Below, in pieces: positions 29,573 to 39,035 of a stretch of DNA of 64,000 bases (positions are counted from its first letter, which is position 1; every line of letters starts with the position of its first letter). The stretch is taken from positions 1,105 through 65,104 of the forward strand of contig CALXYN010000002.1 in assembly GCA_944392975.1 (NCBI GenBank), given 5' to 3'. This stretch comes from an uncultured Spirochaetaceae bacterium (lineage in GTDB: Bacteria; Spirochaetota; Spirochaetia; Sphaerochaetales; Sphaerochaetaceae). The position numbers and the translations under genes are program-made. The notes under the pieces were generated by a model, which saw nothing but the letters and a program-made list of their open reading frames with translations, was not told where the DNA came from and searched no databases.

Positions 29573-29646
29573 TGATCCTGAGCAGATTCGAACTGCTGAC
29601 CTTCCGCTTAGGAGGCGGACGCTCTATCCAGCTGAGCTACAGGATC
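29573..29646 (-). tRNA. tRNA-Arg (anticodon CCT)
   Basis: The minus strand reads GATCCTGTAGCTCAGCTGGATAGAGCGTCCGCCTCCTAAGCGGAAGGTCAGCAGTTCGAATCTGCTCAGGATCA. It has a 7-bp acceptor stem, D arm GCTC/GAGC, anticodon loop CTCCTAA, and T arm AGCAG-TTCGAAT-CTGCT. CCA is not encoded. Confidence 0.95.
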
Positions 29647-29915
29647 ACGCTAATAAATCAGCTGAATGACAAAATACATGTTTTTGCTGATTTAGACAAG
29701 ATGCCTGTAATTCACTTGTGTTTTCCGGCGTTTCTTTGATAGTCAATACTTGTATGATGCGTAAAAATCATCTGCATATTTCTTTTGACAATAGAAAAAA
29801 GAGAAAAAAAGATATTTTCCTTAATCCATGCTCATGTTTAAGTATTGTATGATTATGCAATTTGCTGTATAAGGTATGTAAACTTTTTTCCTTGATTACA
29901 TCAGGAGGTGGAATT

Positions 29916-31103
29916 ATGAGAAAAGCTATAGCTCTTGTACTCGTTGCCTTCGTCTGTCTTGCAGGCGTTGTTGCCGGTGGCTCGAGCGAGGGAAGCTCGG
30001 GCGATACATACAAGATTGGTTTTATCGGACCTCTTACAGGAGACAATGCAAACTACGGAATCAGATGCTCCAATGCAGCTCGTCTTGCAGTTGATGAAAT
30101 CAATGCTGCTGGTGGTATTGATGGCAAGATGCTTGAGCTCATTGCAGAGGATAGTGAAGGTACTGTAGATAAGGCACTCGCATCCTATGAGAAGCTTGCT
30201 TATATGGATGAGGTCTGTGCAATTATCGGACCAGTATTCACATCTCCGGCTCTTGCTGTTGCACAGCGCTGTCAGGAAGATGGGATCGTGATGATTTCCC
30301 CATCTGCAACACACAAGGATGTCACAGCTCAGCCAGCAACAAATCCTGATGGACTCAACTATGTCTTCAGAACAGTTCCTTCCGATGCTCTCCAGTCAGA
30401 GGTTGCAGGACATTATTTCTATGAGGTTCTTGGCTATAGAAAGCTTGCATCTCTTTATGCTATGAATGATTACAGCCAGGGTCTTGCACTTGGAATGAAG
30501 GAGACATTCGAAGCTCTTGGTGGAGAGGTTGTTGCTGAAGAGACTTGTATGGTAGGCGATAAGGACTTCAGAACACAGCTTACACAGATTAAGGCTGCAG
30601 CTCCTGAGGCTATCTATATTCCTAACTATACAGTTGAAGATGCTCAGATTCTCGAGCAGGCTTCTCAGCTTGGCGTAAATGTAAGGTTCCTCTCAAGTGA
30701 TGGTTTCTCTGATCCTGAGATTTACAACCTCGCTCCTGATTTCACAGATGGCGTTATCTATGTTGGTCCTGCACAGGCAGAAGCTTCCACAATCCTCACT
30801 GATTTCCAGGCAGCTTACGCAGCAGCATACAACGGAGATGCTCCTGATTCCTTCGCAACAAACAGCTACGACGCTACATATATCATTGCAGCTGCTCTTG
30901 ATAGAGCTGAGTCTGCTGATACAAAGCTTGTTCGTGATGAAGTTGCAGCAACAAAGGATTTCCAGGGTGCTAACGGTACTATGAATTTCGCTGCAAATGG
31001 AGATCTTGTTGCAAGCCAGGGTGTTTACGAAGTCGAAGGCATCACACCTGTATATGTTGGATCATTCCAGGTTGTTGATGGACATATCGTACAGGTTGAC
31101 TGA
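29916..31103 (+). CDS. Branched-chain amino acid ABC transporter substrate-binding protein (LivJ/K-like)
   Basis: AGGAGG RBS at 29903 and a signal peptide. YKIGFIGPLTGDNANYGI is a type-1 PBP Leu/Ile/Val-binding signature. It is the first gene of the livHMGF operon. Confidence 0.9.
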   Translation: MRKAIALVLVAFVCLAGVVAGGSSEGSSGDTYKIGFIGPLTGDNANYGIRCSNAARLAVDEINAAGGIDGKMLELIAEDSEGTVDKALASYEKLAYMDEVCAIIGPVFTSPALAVAQRCQEDGIVMISPSATHKDVTAQPATNPDGLNYVFRTVPSDALQSEVAGHYFYEVLGYRKLASLYAMNDYSQGLALGMKETFEALGGEVVAEETCMVGDKDFRTQLTQIKAAAPEAIYIPNYTVEDAQILEQASQLGVNVRFLSSDGFSDPEIYNLAPDFTDGVIYVGPAQAEASTILTDFQAAYAAAYNGDAPDSFATNSYDATYIIAAALDRAESADTKLVRDEVAATKDFQGANGTMNFAANGDLVASQGVYEVEGITPVYVGSFQVVDGHIVQVD

Positions 31104-31125
31104 TTAAACTGAATAAAGGACAGTA

Positions 31126-31153
31126 CTGTCGGAAGGCATATGCTTTCCGGCAG
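31126..31153 (+). promoter_or_regulatory. Intercistronic 14-bp hairpin between the binding-protein gene and livH (attenuator or mRNA stabiliser)
   Basis: CTGTCGGAAGGCAT|ATGCTTTCCGGCAG (includes 2 G-U pairs) followed by TTTGCTGTTT. Confidence 0.5.
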
Positions 31154-31184
31154 TTTGCTGTTTAAGCAATTTCGGGAGAAGGAA

Positions 31185-32111
31185 GTGGGAACAATAACAC
31201 TTTATTTACAGTACATCGTGAACGGTCTGACGCTTGGAGCAATCTACTCTCTGATAGCTCTTGGCTATACGATGGTGTACGGTATTCTCAAGTTCATCAA
31301 CTTCGCACATGGCGATATACTCATGGTCGGGGCTTTTATCGGTCTCATCATTTACAATGCACTTACTGGTGGAGAAGCCGCAGATCCAGGTGCATGGACA
31401 ATTCTGGCATTTTTCATTTCCATGTTAGCAAGCATGGGTTTCTGTGCAATCCTTGGAATGGCGATTGAAAGAATTGCATACAAACCGCTGAGAAATGCAA
31501 ACAGACTGGCTCCGCTTCTTTCCGCTATTGGTGTATCATTCATTCTCTCCAATGGTGCCGCATGGATTTTTGGAACACAGTCTCGCCGCTTCCCATATCC
31601 ATTTGAGAATGAACCTATACATATCGGCGCAATAACAATCACACCGCACCAGATAGTCATTATCGTTGTTTCTGTTGTGATGATGGTTCTACTTACATCC
31701 TTTGTAAGCAAGACAAGAATGGGTAAGGCCATGAGGGCTGCTTCCCTTGACCAGTCTACAAGTATGCTCATGGGCATCAACGTGAACAGGGTCATCTCGC
31801 TTACATTTGCAATTGGCAGCGCGCTTGCCGCAGTCGGTGGTATCCTTGCAGCTTTTGATTTCCGCGTCTATCCGTCGATGGGTACGATGACTGGTCTTAA
31901 GGCATTTGTTGCAGCTGTTATTGGTGGTATTGGAAATATTCAGGGAGCTATGATTGGCGGTATTCTTCTTGGAATACTTGAAGCTGTTGGTGCTCCGCTT
32001 CTTCATATACCGAACGGCATGAGGGACACTGTTGCCTTTGCTGTTCTCATCCTGGTCCTTCTGGTCAAGCCTGAAGGAATACTCGGCAAGAACGAGAGGG
32101 AGAAGGTCTGA
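31185..32111 (+). CDS. livH: Branched-chain amino acid ABC transporter permease LivH
   Basis: YLQYIVNGLTLGAIYSLIALGYTMVYG is a canonical LivH N-terminus. A GTG at 31185 behind GGGAGAAGGAA is preferred over the ATG at 31140, which lies inside the hairpin. Confidence 0.9.
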   Translation: MGTITLYLQYIVNGLTLGAIYSLIALGYTMVYGILKFINFAHGDILMVGAFIGLIIYNALTGGEAADPGAWTILAFFISMLASMGFCAILGMAIERIAYKPLRNANRLAPLLSAIGVSFILSNGAAWIFGTQSRRFPYPFENEPIHIGAITITPHQIVIIVVSVVMMVLLTSFVSKTRMGKAMRAASLDQSTSMLMGINVNRVISLTFAIGSALAAVGGILAAFDFRVYPSMGTMTGLKAFVAAVIGGIGNIQGAMIGGILLGILEAVGAPLLHIPNGMRDTVAFAVLILVLLVKPEGILGKNEREKV

Positions 32112-32112
32112 T

Positions 32113-33057
32113 ATGCTTAATTTCTTCCAGCTTATACTTATCTATGCGGGAATCTACGCTATCATGGCTATCGGGCAGAACTGTATTACAGGTTATACAG
32201 GTATGCTTTCGCTCTGCCATGCAGGTTTCTTCTGTATAGGAAGCTATGCAACAGCAATAATCTGTAAGGTCTGCGGTCTCTCTTTCTGGCTTTCAATCCC
32301 TGTAGCAGCTATTGTTGCTGGTCTTGTCGGGCTTGTGATTGGTATCCCTACACTTCGTCTCAAAGGTGATTACCTTTGTATTGCGACACTGGGACTGGGT
32401 GAGATCATCAGAAATGTCGCAACGAACCTCAATCCTGTAGGTTTCAACAGCATTCCGCGCGCAACACTCTTTGGTTACCAGTTTGCATCCCGCAATAAGC
32501 TCTCATTCATCATTCTCATCTGGGCTTTCGTGCTTGTTTTCTACGTTCTGTTCCAGCAGCTTGCACACAGCAGACTTGGACGCGCAATGATTGCTGTCAG
32601 AGAGGATGAGGTTGCTGCTCAATCCAATGGAATCAATGTTACAAAGTATAAGATCAGTTCATTTGTTCTTGGTGCAGCTGTCGGCGGTATCGCAGGATGT
32701 CTGCAGACTGCCTACACACTCACGGTACAGCCTGGTTCCTATACATTCATGGTTTCCGTCATGGTTCTTTGTACGGTTGTTCTTGGTGGCATGGGCAATG
32801 CAAAAGCTGTAATTCTTGGTGCTTTCATAATCCAGTTCATATCATATCTGCCACAGCTTACAGGCCTGACAAATGTCATCCCGGCTCAGGCTAAGCAGAT
32901 TATCTATGGTCTTCTGCTTGTTGTGATGATGCTCTGCAGACCTCAGGGAATCCTTGGTCGCGATAAGTTCCGTTATGGTGATCCTCGTACAAGAACAGAG
33001 AAGCTTCGCGACTTCTTTGCACGTGGAAAGAAGAAAGAGATGGGAGGTGAGGCATGA
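32113..33057 (+). CDS. livM: Branched-chain amino acid ABC transporter permease LivM
   Basis: The ATG lies 2 nt after the livH stop. It has an AIMAIGQNCITGYTGMLSLCHAGF signature. Confidence 0.9.
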   Translation: MLNFFQLILIYAGIYAIMAIGQNCITGYTGMLSLCHAGFFCIGSYATAIICKVCGLSFWLSIPVAAIVAGLVGLVIGIPTLRLKGDYLCIATLGLGEIIRNVATNLNPVGFNSIPRATLFGYQFASRNKLSFIILIWAFVLVFYVLFQQLAHSRLGRAMIAVREDEVAAQSNGINVTKYKISSFVLGAAVGGIAGCLQTAYTLTVQPGSYTFMVSVMVLCTVVLGGMGNAKAVILGAFIIQFISYLPQLTGLTNVIPAQAKQIIYGLLLVVMMLCRPQGILGRDKFRYGDPRTRTEKLRDFFARGKKKEMGGEA

Positions 33058-33836
33058 GAATCCTTGAAACTCAGCACCTTACCCGCGAGTTCGGTGGTGT
33101 CATTGCGGTAAATGATGTGGATTTCCATGTTGAAAAAGGTCTTGTAACTGGTCTTATCGGTCCAAATGGTGCTGGAAAGACAACTCTTTTCAATCAGATT
33201 ACCGGAGTCGATAAACCTACATCAGGAAAGATTATCTTTGATGGAAATGACATAACAGGACTTCCTGCATGGAAGATAAGCCGCATGGGTATCGCCCGTA
33301 CATTCCAGAACATCAGACTCTACAAGGAACTTACAGTTGTTGAGAATGTCATGATGGGCCTCCATTTCAAGGTCGGAGAGAATCCTTTCAAAGGACGGTT
33401 TATCCAGGCTCTCAAGAGTTATGTCTTTGCTTCCCGTGAAAACAGGGAAGTCTATGGTAAGGCAATGGAATGGCTTCGGTTCTTTGAGCTTGATGAGCAT
33501 GCTCAGGATTTCGCAGGTTCGCTTCCTTATGGAAAGCAGAGAGAGCTTGAAATAGCTAGAGCCCTTGCCGCAGATCCTAAGCTTCTTTTCCTTGATGAGC
33601 CTGCTGCCGGTATGAACCCTGCAGAGACAGCGCATCTGATGGCTGTTGTCGATAAGATCCGTTCTCTTGGTGTTACTGTTGTCCTCATTGAGCATGATAT
33701 GAAGCTTGTAATGAATATCTGCGATAATATCACGGTGCTCAATTTCGGTATGAAGATTGCAGAAGGAACACCGAATGACATCAAGCATGATAAGCTAGTC
33801 ATTGAAGCATACCTTGGCAGGGAAGAGGAGGAGTGA
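33054..33836 (+). CDS. livG: Branched-chain amino acid ABC transporter ATP-binding protein LivG
   Basis: Walker A GPNGAGKTT, signature LPYGKQRELEIARAL, and Walker B LFLDEPAAG. Confidence 0.92.
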   Translation: MRILETQHLTREFGGVIAVNDVDFHVEKGLVTGLIGPNGAGKTTLFNQITGVDKPTSGKIIFDGNDITGLPAWKISRMGIARTFQNIRLYKELTVVENVMMGLHFKVGENPFKGRFIQALKSYVFASRENREVYGKAMEWLRFFELDEHAQDFAGSLPYGKQRELEIARALAADPKLLFLDEPAAGMNPAETAHLMAVVDKIRSLGVTVVLIEHDMKLVMNICDNITVLNFGMKIAEGTPNDIKHDKLVIEAYLGREEEE

Positions 33837-33837
33837 G

Positions 33838-34572
33838 ATGTCAGAGATATTGAAGATTGACGGAATCTCCGTCTCTTATGGCAACATCAGGGCATTATCA
33901 GATGTCTCTATGAGTGTGAATGAAGGCGATATCGTATCGCTCATCGGTGCAAACGGTGCCGGTAAATCCACGCTTCTGAAAGCCATTGTCGGCCTTGAAC
34001 CTCTTAAAGAAGGCAGCATTGCCTTTGCAGGTGAGACAATCTGCAAAGCAAAGCATCATGGAGGACTGACTACAGACCTTATTGCCAGAAGGGGTATAGC
34101 GCTCGTTCCGGAAGGCAGGCGCGTCTTTGCTGATATGACAGTTGAAGAGAATCTTGATATGGGTGCATTCATGGTTTCTGACCAGGCTCTTATTGCAAAG
34201 CGCAAGAATGACATGTTCGAGCTTTTCCCGATTCTCGGAAAGCGCAAAAAGCAGAAGACAAGATCCTTGTCAGGTGGCGAGCAGCAGATGATGGCTATTG
34301 CACGTGCTCTGATGTCAGGACCGCGCCTGTTGCTTCTTGATGAACCCGGATTGGGACTTGCTCCTCTTGTGGTTCAGAATATTTTCAGTACAATAAAATT
34401 GATAAACGAAGAAAACAAGGTGACAGTTTTCCTTGTTGAACAGAATGCAAGACTTGCCCTCAAGTCATCAAGTTTTGGCTATGTGCTTGAAAATGGCAGG
34501 ATTGTGCTTCAGGATAAAGGAGAAGCTCTCCTGCAGAATGAGAGAGTGCAGAAAGCTTACCTTGGTGCTTGA
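33838..34572 (+). CDS. livF: Branched-chain amino acid ABC transporter ATP-binding protein LivF
   Basis: Walker A GANGAGKST, LSGGEQQMMAIARAL, and LLLDEPGLGLAP. Confidence 0.92.
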   Translation: MSEILKIDGISVSYGNIRALSDVSMSVNEGDIVSLIGANGAGKSTLLKAIVGLEPLKEGSIAFAGETICKAKHHGGLTTDLIARRGIALVPEGRRVFADMTVEENLDMGAFMVSDQALIAKRKNDMFELFPILGKRKKQKTRSLSGGEQQMMAIARALMSGPRLLLLDEPGLGLAPLVVQNIFSTIKLINEENKVTVFLVEQNARLALKSSSFGYVLENGRIVLQDKGEALLQNERVQKAYLGA

Positions 34573-34593
34573 TGAATTTGACCGTTTGACCTG

Positions 34594-34623
34594 CCCCTCC
34601 TTAACCGGAGGGGTTGCTTTTTT
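34594..34623 (+). terminator. Rho-independent terminator after livF
   Basis: CCCCTCC-ttaacc-GGAGGGG followed by TTGCTTTTTT. Confidence 0.8.
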
Positions 34624-36526
34624 ACAGCATTGCAGTATACAGGTCCATTACTTTCAGTCCTTTTTCGAATGCTTCAAGCGTGATATCCTCTTCAGCTTTG
34701 AAAAAGATTGTTTTCTCTGCAGAGGGACGGACTGTAATCATGTTATCTGAAAACAGGCCATTTTCCACATTGCTGAGAGCTACGTAGAAAGCTGGCTTTT
34801 CTGCCATTATCTTCACGGAGAATGCTCTTGGTCCGTTTTTCATAGCAGACACTTTCAGTTTCGGATTCTCAAGTGCAAGATTCTTCGGTTTGTCCAATAG
34901 CATTGTCCGTTCTCTCAGCACGTCTTTCGTGGAGAGTTTTACATATAAGAAGTGCTTTTCACGGTCCAGCCTGTGTACAGGATATTCTGCAACCTTTAAA
35001 ACTGTTCCAGCTCCTGCCTTTACAGAATATTCACGTGTTTCCTTCTTTGTTCCGGAGAAGTCTCTTATCTTTACGGAAAGTTCTGCTTCCTGTTCCTGGA
35101 GAGTATCATTGATAAGATAGATTCCTATCACTTTACCTTCGTCAATGAGAAGAGGAGAAAGAGGCGAGAAGAAGGCCCTTGCTGCATACTGCAAAAGCTT
35201 CCATTTGCCGCCATATTCAATCGCGGATGCAGAAATCTCTGGCCATGGATCCGTAATCGAGGAAAGAATCATTCCTGTCTTCCCGTTGATTCTGTTCCAG
35301 GCTGCTTTTTCTGCAGCACACCATGCGGCTTTAACCTGTGAAAGGTAGACAAGCCTTCTCTCATCTGAAGGAAAAAGGAATGACGCGGCAACAGAGGAAA
35401 GAATCTTTCCAGCTCCTTCTCCATGTGCATCCGCTTCCGGAGAAGCGATGTTCCTCTTTCCGTCCTTCCATATTCTGTCCATTGTTTCCTTTGATGGAAA
35501 TGACGGTGCTTCGACAGGTTTTGGAATAGAGGAGGCAGCGCCTGCATCGATTACAAGCAAGCCACTTCTGAGTGCAGCTTCCTGAAGAGATCGTCCTGCA
35601 TATTTTCTGAGCACAATGGCATTCATGTTTGCTTCTGCCGCGCTTCTTGTGATTTTCTCGATATAAACATAGTCTGTTCTGGAAGGAATGAGGTTGAGGC
35701 TTTCAAGTTCAGCACCTTTCATGAATATCTTCCGTCCATTGAGAAAAAGACCGTCCGCTAGAAGATTCCATGTCCTGAAAGCTACATTCCTTACAGATTT
35801 ATAGCCATTGATGCTTATCGTTACAGGATATATTGGCTGACTTCCTATTCCAGCGGGCCACCACTGGCTTACCTCTCCTGGATCAATTGAAATGAGGTAA
35901 TCTCCCGAACCCTTTGGAACACTGAGCTTTCCTGTCTCTGTCTTTCCATTGATGCTGATGGTGTATTCAGTCTCCGTGTCTTTTTCTGCAATTGCTGGAA
36001 TGATGACATCAAGAAGCCATTTCCCATTTCTGTTCTCAGTCTCAGCCTCTGATCCGGCAATGATGAGTACTGGATCTGAAAGAAGCTTTATGCTCCTCCA
36101 GATACCTGGGTAGGAGATGCTTTTGTCTAACTGTGGGAGAAAGAATATCTCTATTTTATTCTCCCCGCTGGTTATGTATTCGGAAATATCAAGAAGAAGC
36201 GGGGAAGCATCATGTTTTTCAGCTGCTGTCTTTCCGTTTATATTGATGCGGCAAGCTGAAAGGCCTCCGCATTTGAAGAAAACAGGGCCCTCTGATCTCT
36301 CAAAATTGAATGTTCGCTCAACGCTCCAGAGAGATTCTCCAATCCATCTGCTTTTTTCTGATTCAAGTCCATCATATGGTTCTTTAATCAGATTTTCAGC
36401 AAGAAGAGTGTCATGAAGGCTGCCTGGAATATTCATATTCCATTCACTTCCTTTTTCAAGGCCGCTTGCAATCATCGGGGAAACGGCCTTGAGTTTCCAT
36501 TGGCCGTCAAGAGTAGTGGTAATCAT
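34622..36526 (-). CDS. Glycoside hydrolase family 2 (beta-mannosidase-like) protein, possibly non-catalytic
   Basis: The N-terminus LDGQWKLK...NIPGSLHDTLLAENLIKEPYDGLESEKSRWIGESLWSVERTF follows the beta-mannosidase sugar-binding-domain pattern. The protein is only ~634 aa. The start is taken at MITTTLDGQW, although the ORF is open from 36580. Confidence 0.55.
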   Translation of the reverse strand: MITTTLDGQWKLKAVSPMIASGLEKGSEWNMNIPGSLHDTLLAENLIKEPYDGLESEKSRWIGESLWSVERTFNFERSEGPVFFKCGGLSACRININGKTAAEKHDASPLLLDISEYITSGENKIEIFFLPQLDKSISYPGIWRSIKLLSDPVLIIAGSEAETENRNGKWLLDVIIPAIAEKDTETEYTISINGKTETGKLSVPKGSGDYLISIDPGEVSQWWPAGIGSQPIYPVTISINGYKSVRNVAFRTWNLLADGLFLNGRKIFMKGAELESLNLIPSRTDYVYIEKITRSAAEANMNAIVLRKYAGRSLQEAALRSGLLVIDAGAASSIPKPVEAPSFPSKETMDRIWKDGKRNIASPEADAHGEGAGKILSSVAASFLFPSDERRLVYLSQVKAAWCAAEKAAWNRINGKTGMILSSITDPWPEISASAIEYGGKWKLLQYAARAFFSPLSPLLIDEGKVIGIYLINDTLQEQEAELSVKIRDFSGTKKETREYSVKAGAGTVLKVAEYPVHRLDREKHFLYVKLSTKDVLRERTMLLDKPKNLALENPKLKVSAMKNGPRAFSVKIMAEKPAFYVALSNVENGLFSDNMITVRPSAEKTIFFKAEEDITLEAFEKGLKVMDLYTAML

Positions 36527-36688
36527 TCGACCTCCCTTTCTGAGATTATAGCATGCAAACAACCAAGAGGTGGAAATCATTGCATAATTGTCTCTCTGAT
36601 TATTTTCATCTGGTTAATAACCGTGTAAAATAGATGAAAGATAAGGATTCTGGCTTTTTGTCAGTATATCCCGGAAGGAGGTCCTGAG

Positions 36689-37333
36689 ATGATTATAGCT
36701 AGAAGAATGACAAGGAATCCAGTAACTGCGACATTGGACATGTCTATAGGAGAGGCATCAGACCTGATGAAAAGAGAGAAGGTTCACCGTCTTCCTGTTC
36801 TCGATAAAGATAAGAATCTCGTCGGAGTTATTACTGAGAAAGATATCCTTCATGCTTCTCCTTCTCCCGCTTCAAGCCTTTCGATTCACGAGATGGCTTA
36901 TCTTCTCTCGAAGCTTACGGTTAAGAAGCTTATGACCAAGAATCCTGTGACTATTTCTGAGGATACGACGGTTGAGGAAGCGGCAAGACTTATGAGCGAT
37001 CAGGACCTTTCTTGTCTGCCTGTTGTGAATGGAACCAAGCTTGTTGGCATTGTTACAAAGAGCGATATGTTCAGAATCCTTCTGGAGCTTTTCGGTGCCC
37101 GCCACTATGGAGTAAGGCTTTCGTTCCTTGTTGAGGATAAACCGGGAACTATTGCGCGTATAAGTGCGGCCCTTGCAGAGAAGGGACTTGATATCATTTC
37201 ATTCGGAACATTTGCAGGAACAGATCCTACAAATGCAATCTGTACCATTAAGGTCCAGGGATGCACGATTGAAGAACTTGTAAGCGTTATCAAGCCATTT
37301 GTCTCTGAGATTCTTGATGTCAGGGAAGTATAA
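36689..37333 (+). CDS. CBS-pair plus ACT domain protein (AcuB-like)
   Basis: Two CBS motifs (HRLPVLDKDKNLVGVITEKDI and LPVVNGTKLVGIVTKSDM), then an ACT-like LSFLVEDKPGTIARISAALAEKGLDI. Confidence 0.8.
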   Translation: MIIARRMTRNPVTATLDMSIGEASDLMKREKVHRLPVLDKDKNLVGVITEKDILHASPSPASSLSIHEMAYLLSKLTVKKLMTKNPVTISEDTTVEEAARLMSDQDLSCLPVVNGTKLVGIVTKSDMFRILLELFGARHYGVRLSFLVEDKPGTIARISAALAEKGLDIISFGTFAGTDPTNAICTIKVQGCTIEELVSVIKPFVSEILDVREV

Positions 37334-37335
37334 TC

Positions 37336-38646
37336 TTGGGACGTAAGAAGACCAGGGCGGCAGATATCAGGCGCAGCTTAAGCGAGAATGATGAGGAACT
37401 GTCGCCTTTTGCATCGATAAAACTTGTAGAGAAAAAGGAGCCGGAAAAGAAGAAGCCTCTCGTTAAGCCGGTTCCAAAAAAGCCTTCTGAGATAGTACAG
37501 GGATATACACCTTCCGCATCATTTGCGGATATTCTCTATTCCTATGAGCATACAGGAAATCCTTATGCAATGCCTGATAAAAGCAGGAAGGCAAGGATTG
37601 CCGGCAAGAAGACGGATTTTGGAGCTATTCTGGACAAATGGGAAGGCCGCGATTCCTCTTCTTCTGTAAAGGTTGCAAAACCTAAGGCTCCGGAGAAGAA
37701 GAGTAGCTATAAACCTACAAAGTCTTTTGCAGACATCCTTTCCGCGTATGAAGGAAAACCTGTCGAGACAAAACCATCGTCGGAGAAAAAGAAGGATCTT
37801 CCTTCTCAGAAACCTCTTTTCAGGGAAGAGAGTGAGGATGAGAAGAGAGCTCCCGAAGCTTCCTGGTCAATATTTGGAGGCAATGAAGGCTTTGTCCGGA
37901 AAGAGGAAAAGCAGGAGGTTGTAACAGAGAGGGAAGTGAAGAGAATCTCCCGCCCTTACAAACCCGAGAAATCCTTTGCTGAAATTCTGGAAAGCTATGA
38001 GCATGGAAACAGAAAGAAACCGGAAATCCTGAAAGAGGAAAAAAGGACTGCACCAGAGGAGAAGAAAAAGGATGACGTTCCTGTGCCTGATTTCTTCCGC
38101 AAGGAAAGTGAGGATGAAAAGCGCTCTCCTGAAGCCGTCTGGTCGATTTTCGGCAATAACAGGATTGTTGAGAGAAAGAAGGAGAAAACTGAGGAGATTG
38201 CAGGAGAAGAGAAACATGAATCTCCTTCCTCTTCTGCATATATAAATAATGGTGCCTTTCCAGATCTTCTTTCTGCTTATGAGAAAAAGAGCGAGAAAAC
38301 TTTCGATGAGATCATGAAGGAAAAGGGTGATGGTCGTGATCAGAGACCTGTCATCACTATCTCAAAGCTGCGGACGATGATGCCACAGGCTACACTTGAC
38401 CTGCATGGTGAGACTGTCAGTGAGGCTGAAGCCAGTATCCGCTCCTTCCTTGATGAGTGTGTTAAGAGCAGGATCAGAAAGATTTCGATAATAACTGGGA
38501 AAGGACTACACAGCTCTGACGGTATCGGAGTGCTTCGCGATACGGCTATCAGAGTACTCAATGAGTCTGGACTTGTAAGTGAAATGTCTAGCGCTCCTCT
38601 TTCGGCCGGTGGCTCCGGAGCGCTCTGGATAATCCTGAAGGCTTAA
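37336..38646 (+). CDS. Smr domain protein with a long Lys/Glu-rich repetitive N-terminal region
   Basis: TTG start. C-terminal Smr domain [21 protein letters not shown]...ITGKGLHS. Internal repeats are described in the findings. Confidence 0.75.
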   Translation: MGRKKTRAADIRRSLSENDEELSPFASIKLVEKKEPEKKKPLVKPVPKKPSEIVQGYTPSASFADILYSYEHTGNPYAMPDKSRKARIAGKKTDFGAILDKWEGRDSSSSVKVAKPKAPEKKSSYKPTKSFADILSAYEGKPVETKPSSEKKKDLPSQKPLFREESEDEKRAPEASWSIFGGNEGFVRKEEKQEVVTEREVKRISRPYKPEKSFAEILESYEHGNRKKPEILKEEKRTAPEEKKKDDVPVPDFFRKESEDEKRSPEAVWSIFGNNRIVERKKEKTEEIAGEEKHESPSSSAYINNGAFPDLLSAYEKKSEKTFDEIMKEKGDGRDQRPVITISKLRTMMPQATLDLHGETVSEAEASIRSFLDECVKSRIRKISIITGKGLHSSDGIGVLRDTAIRVLNESGLVSEMSSAPLSAGGSGALWIILKA

Positions 38647-38861
38647 CGCTCTCTGTAAACGATTCTGCCTTTTGTGAGGTCGTACGGGGAAAGTTCTACT
38701 TTTACTGTGTCACCAGGAACAATCCTGATATAATGCTTTCTCATCTTTCCCGAAAGGTGTGCGAGGATAACAAGCTTATTTGTGAGCTCTACACGGAACA
38801 TCGTGTTCGGGAGAGCTTCCTTTACAACACCCTCTACCTCGATTGCTTCTTCCTTTGCCAT
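38643..38861 (-). CDS. infA: Translation initiation factor IF-1
   Basis: 72 aa; [26 protein letters not shown]... is a canonical S1-fold IF-1. Confidence 0.97.
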   Translation of the reverse strand: MAKEEAIEVEGVVKEALPNTMFRVELTNKLVILAHLSGKMRKHYIRIVPGDTVKVELSPYDLTKGRIVYRER

Positions 38862-39035
38862 TTTCTCTCCTTAATTCAATGCCTTCTGAGGAAAAATTCC
38901 CCCAGCGATAAATCTATCATTCTTTATCATCCGCGACAAGATAGGTCTAAATTGCCGATGCTGTGTTCCAATTGTTCCCTTAATATTGCAAAATCAGGGA
39001 GCAAAGAGCATCCTTTTCAAGACAGGAGGGTTTAA

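Noticed and set aside
29573-29646. tRNA-Arg as the attachment site of an integrated element; a 9-nt match TCCTGAGCA occurs at 27663-27671 and 29576-29584.
   Set aside because: There is no integrase or recombinase gene. The match is short, lies inside the omega-RNA-like stem, and is not extended, so it is most likely chance.
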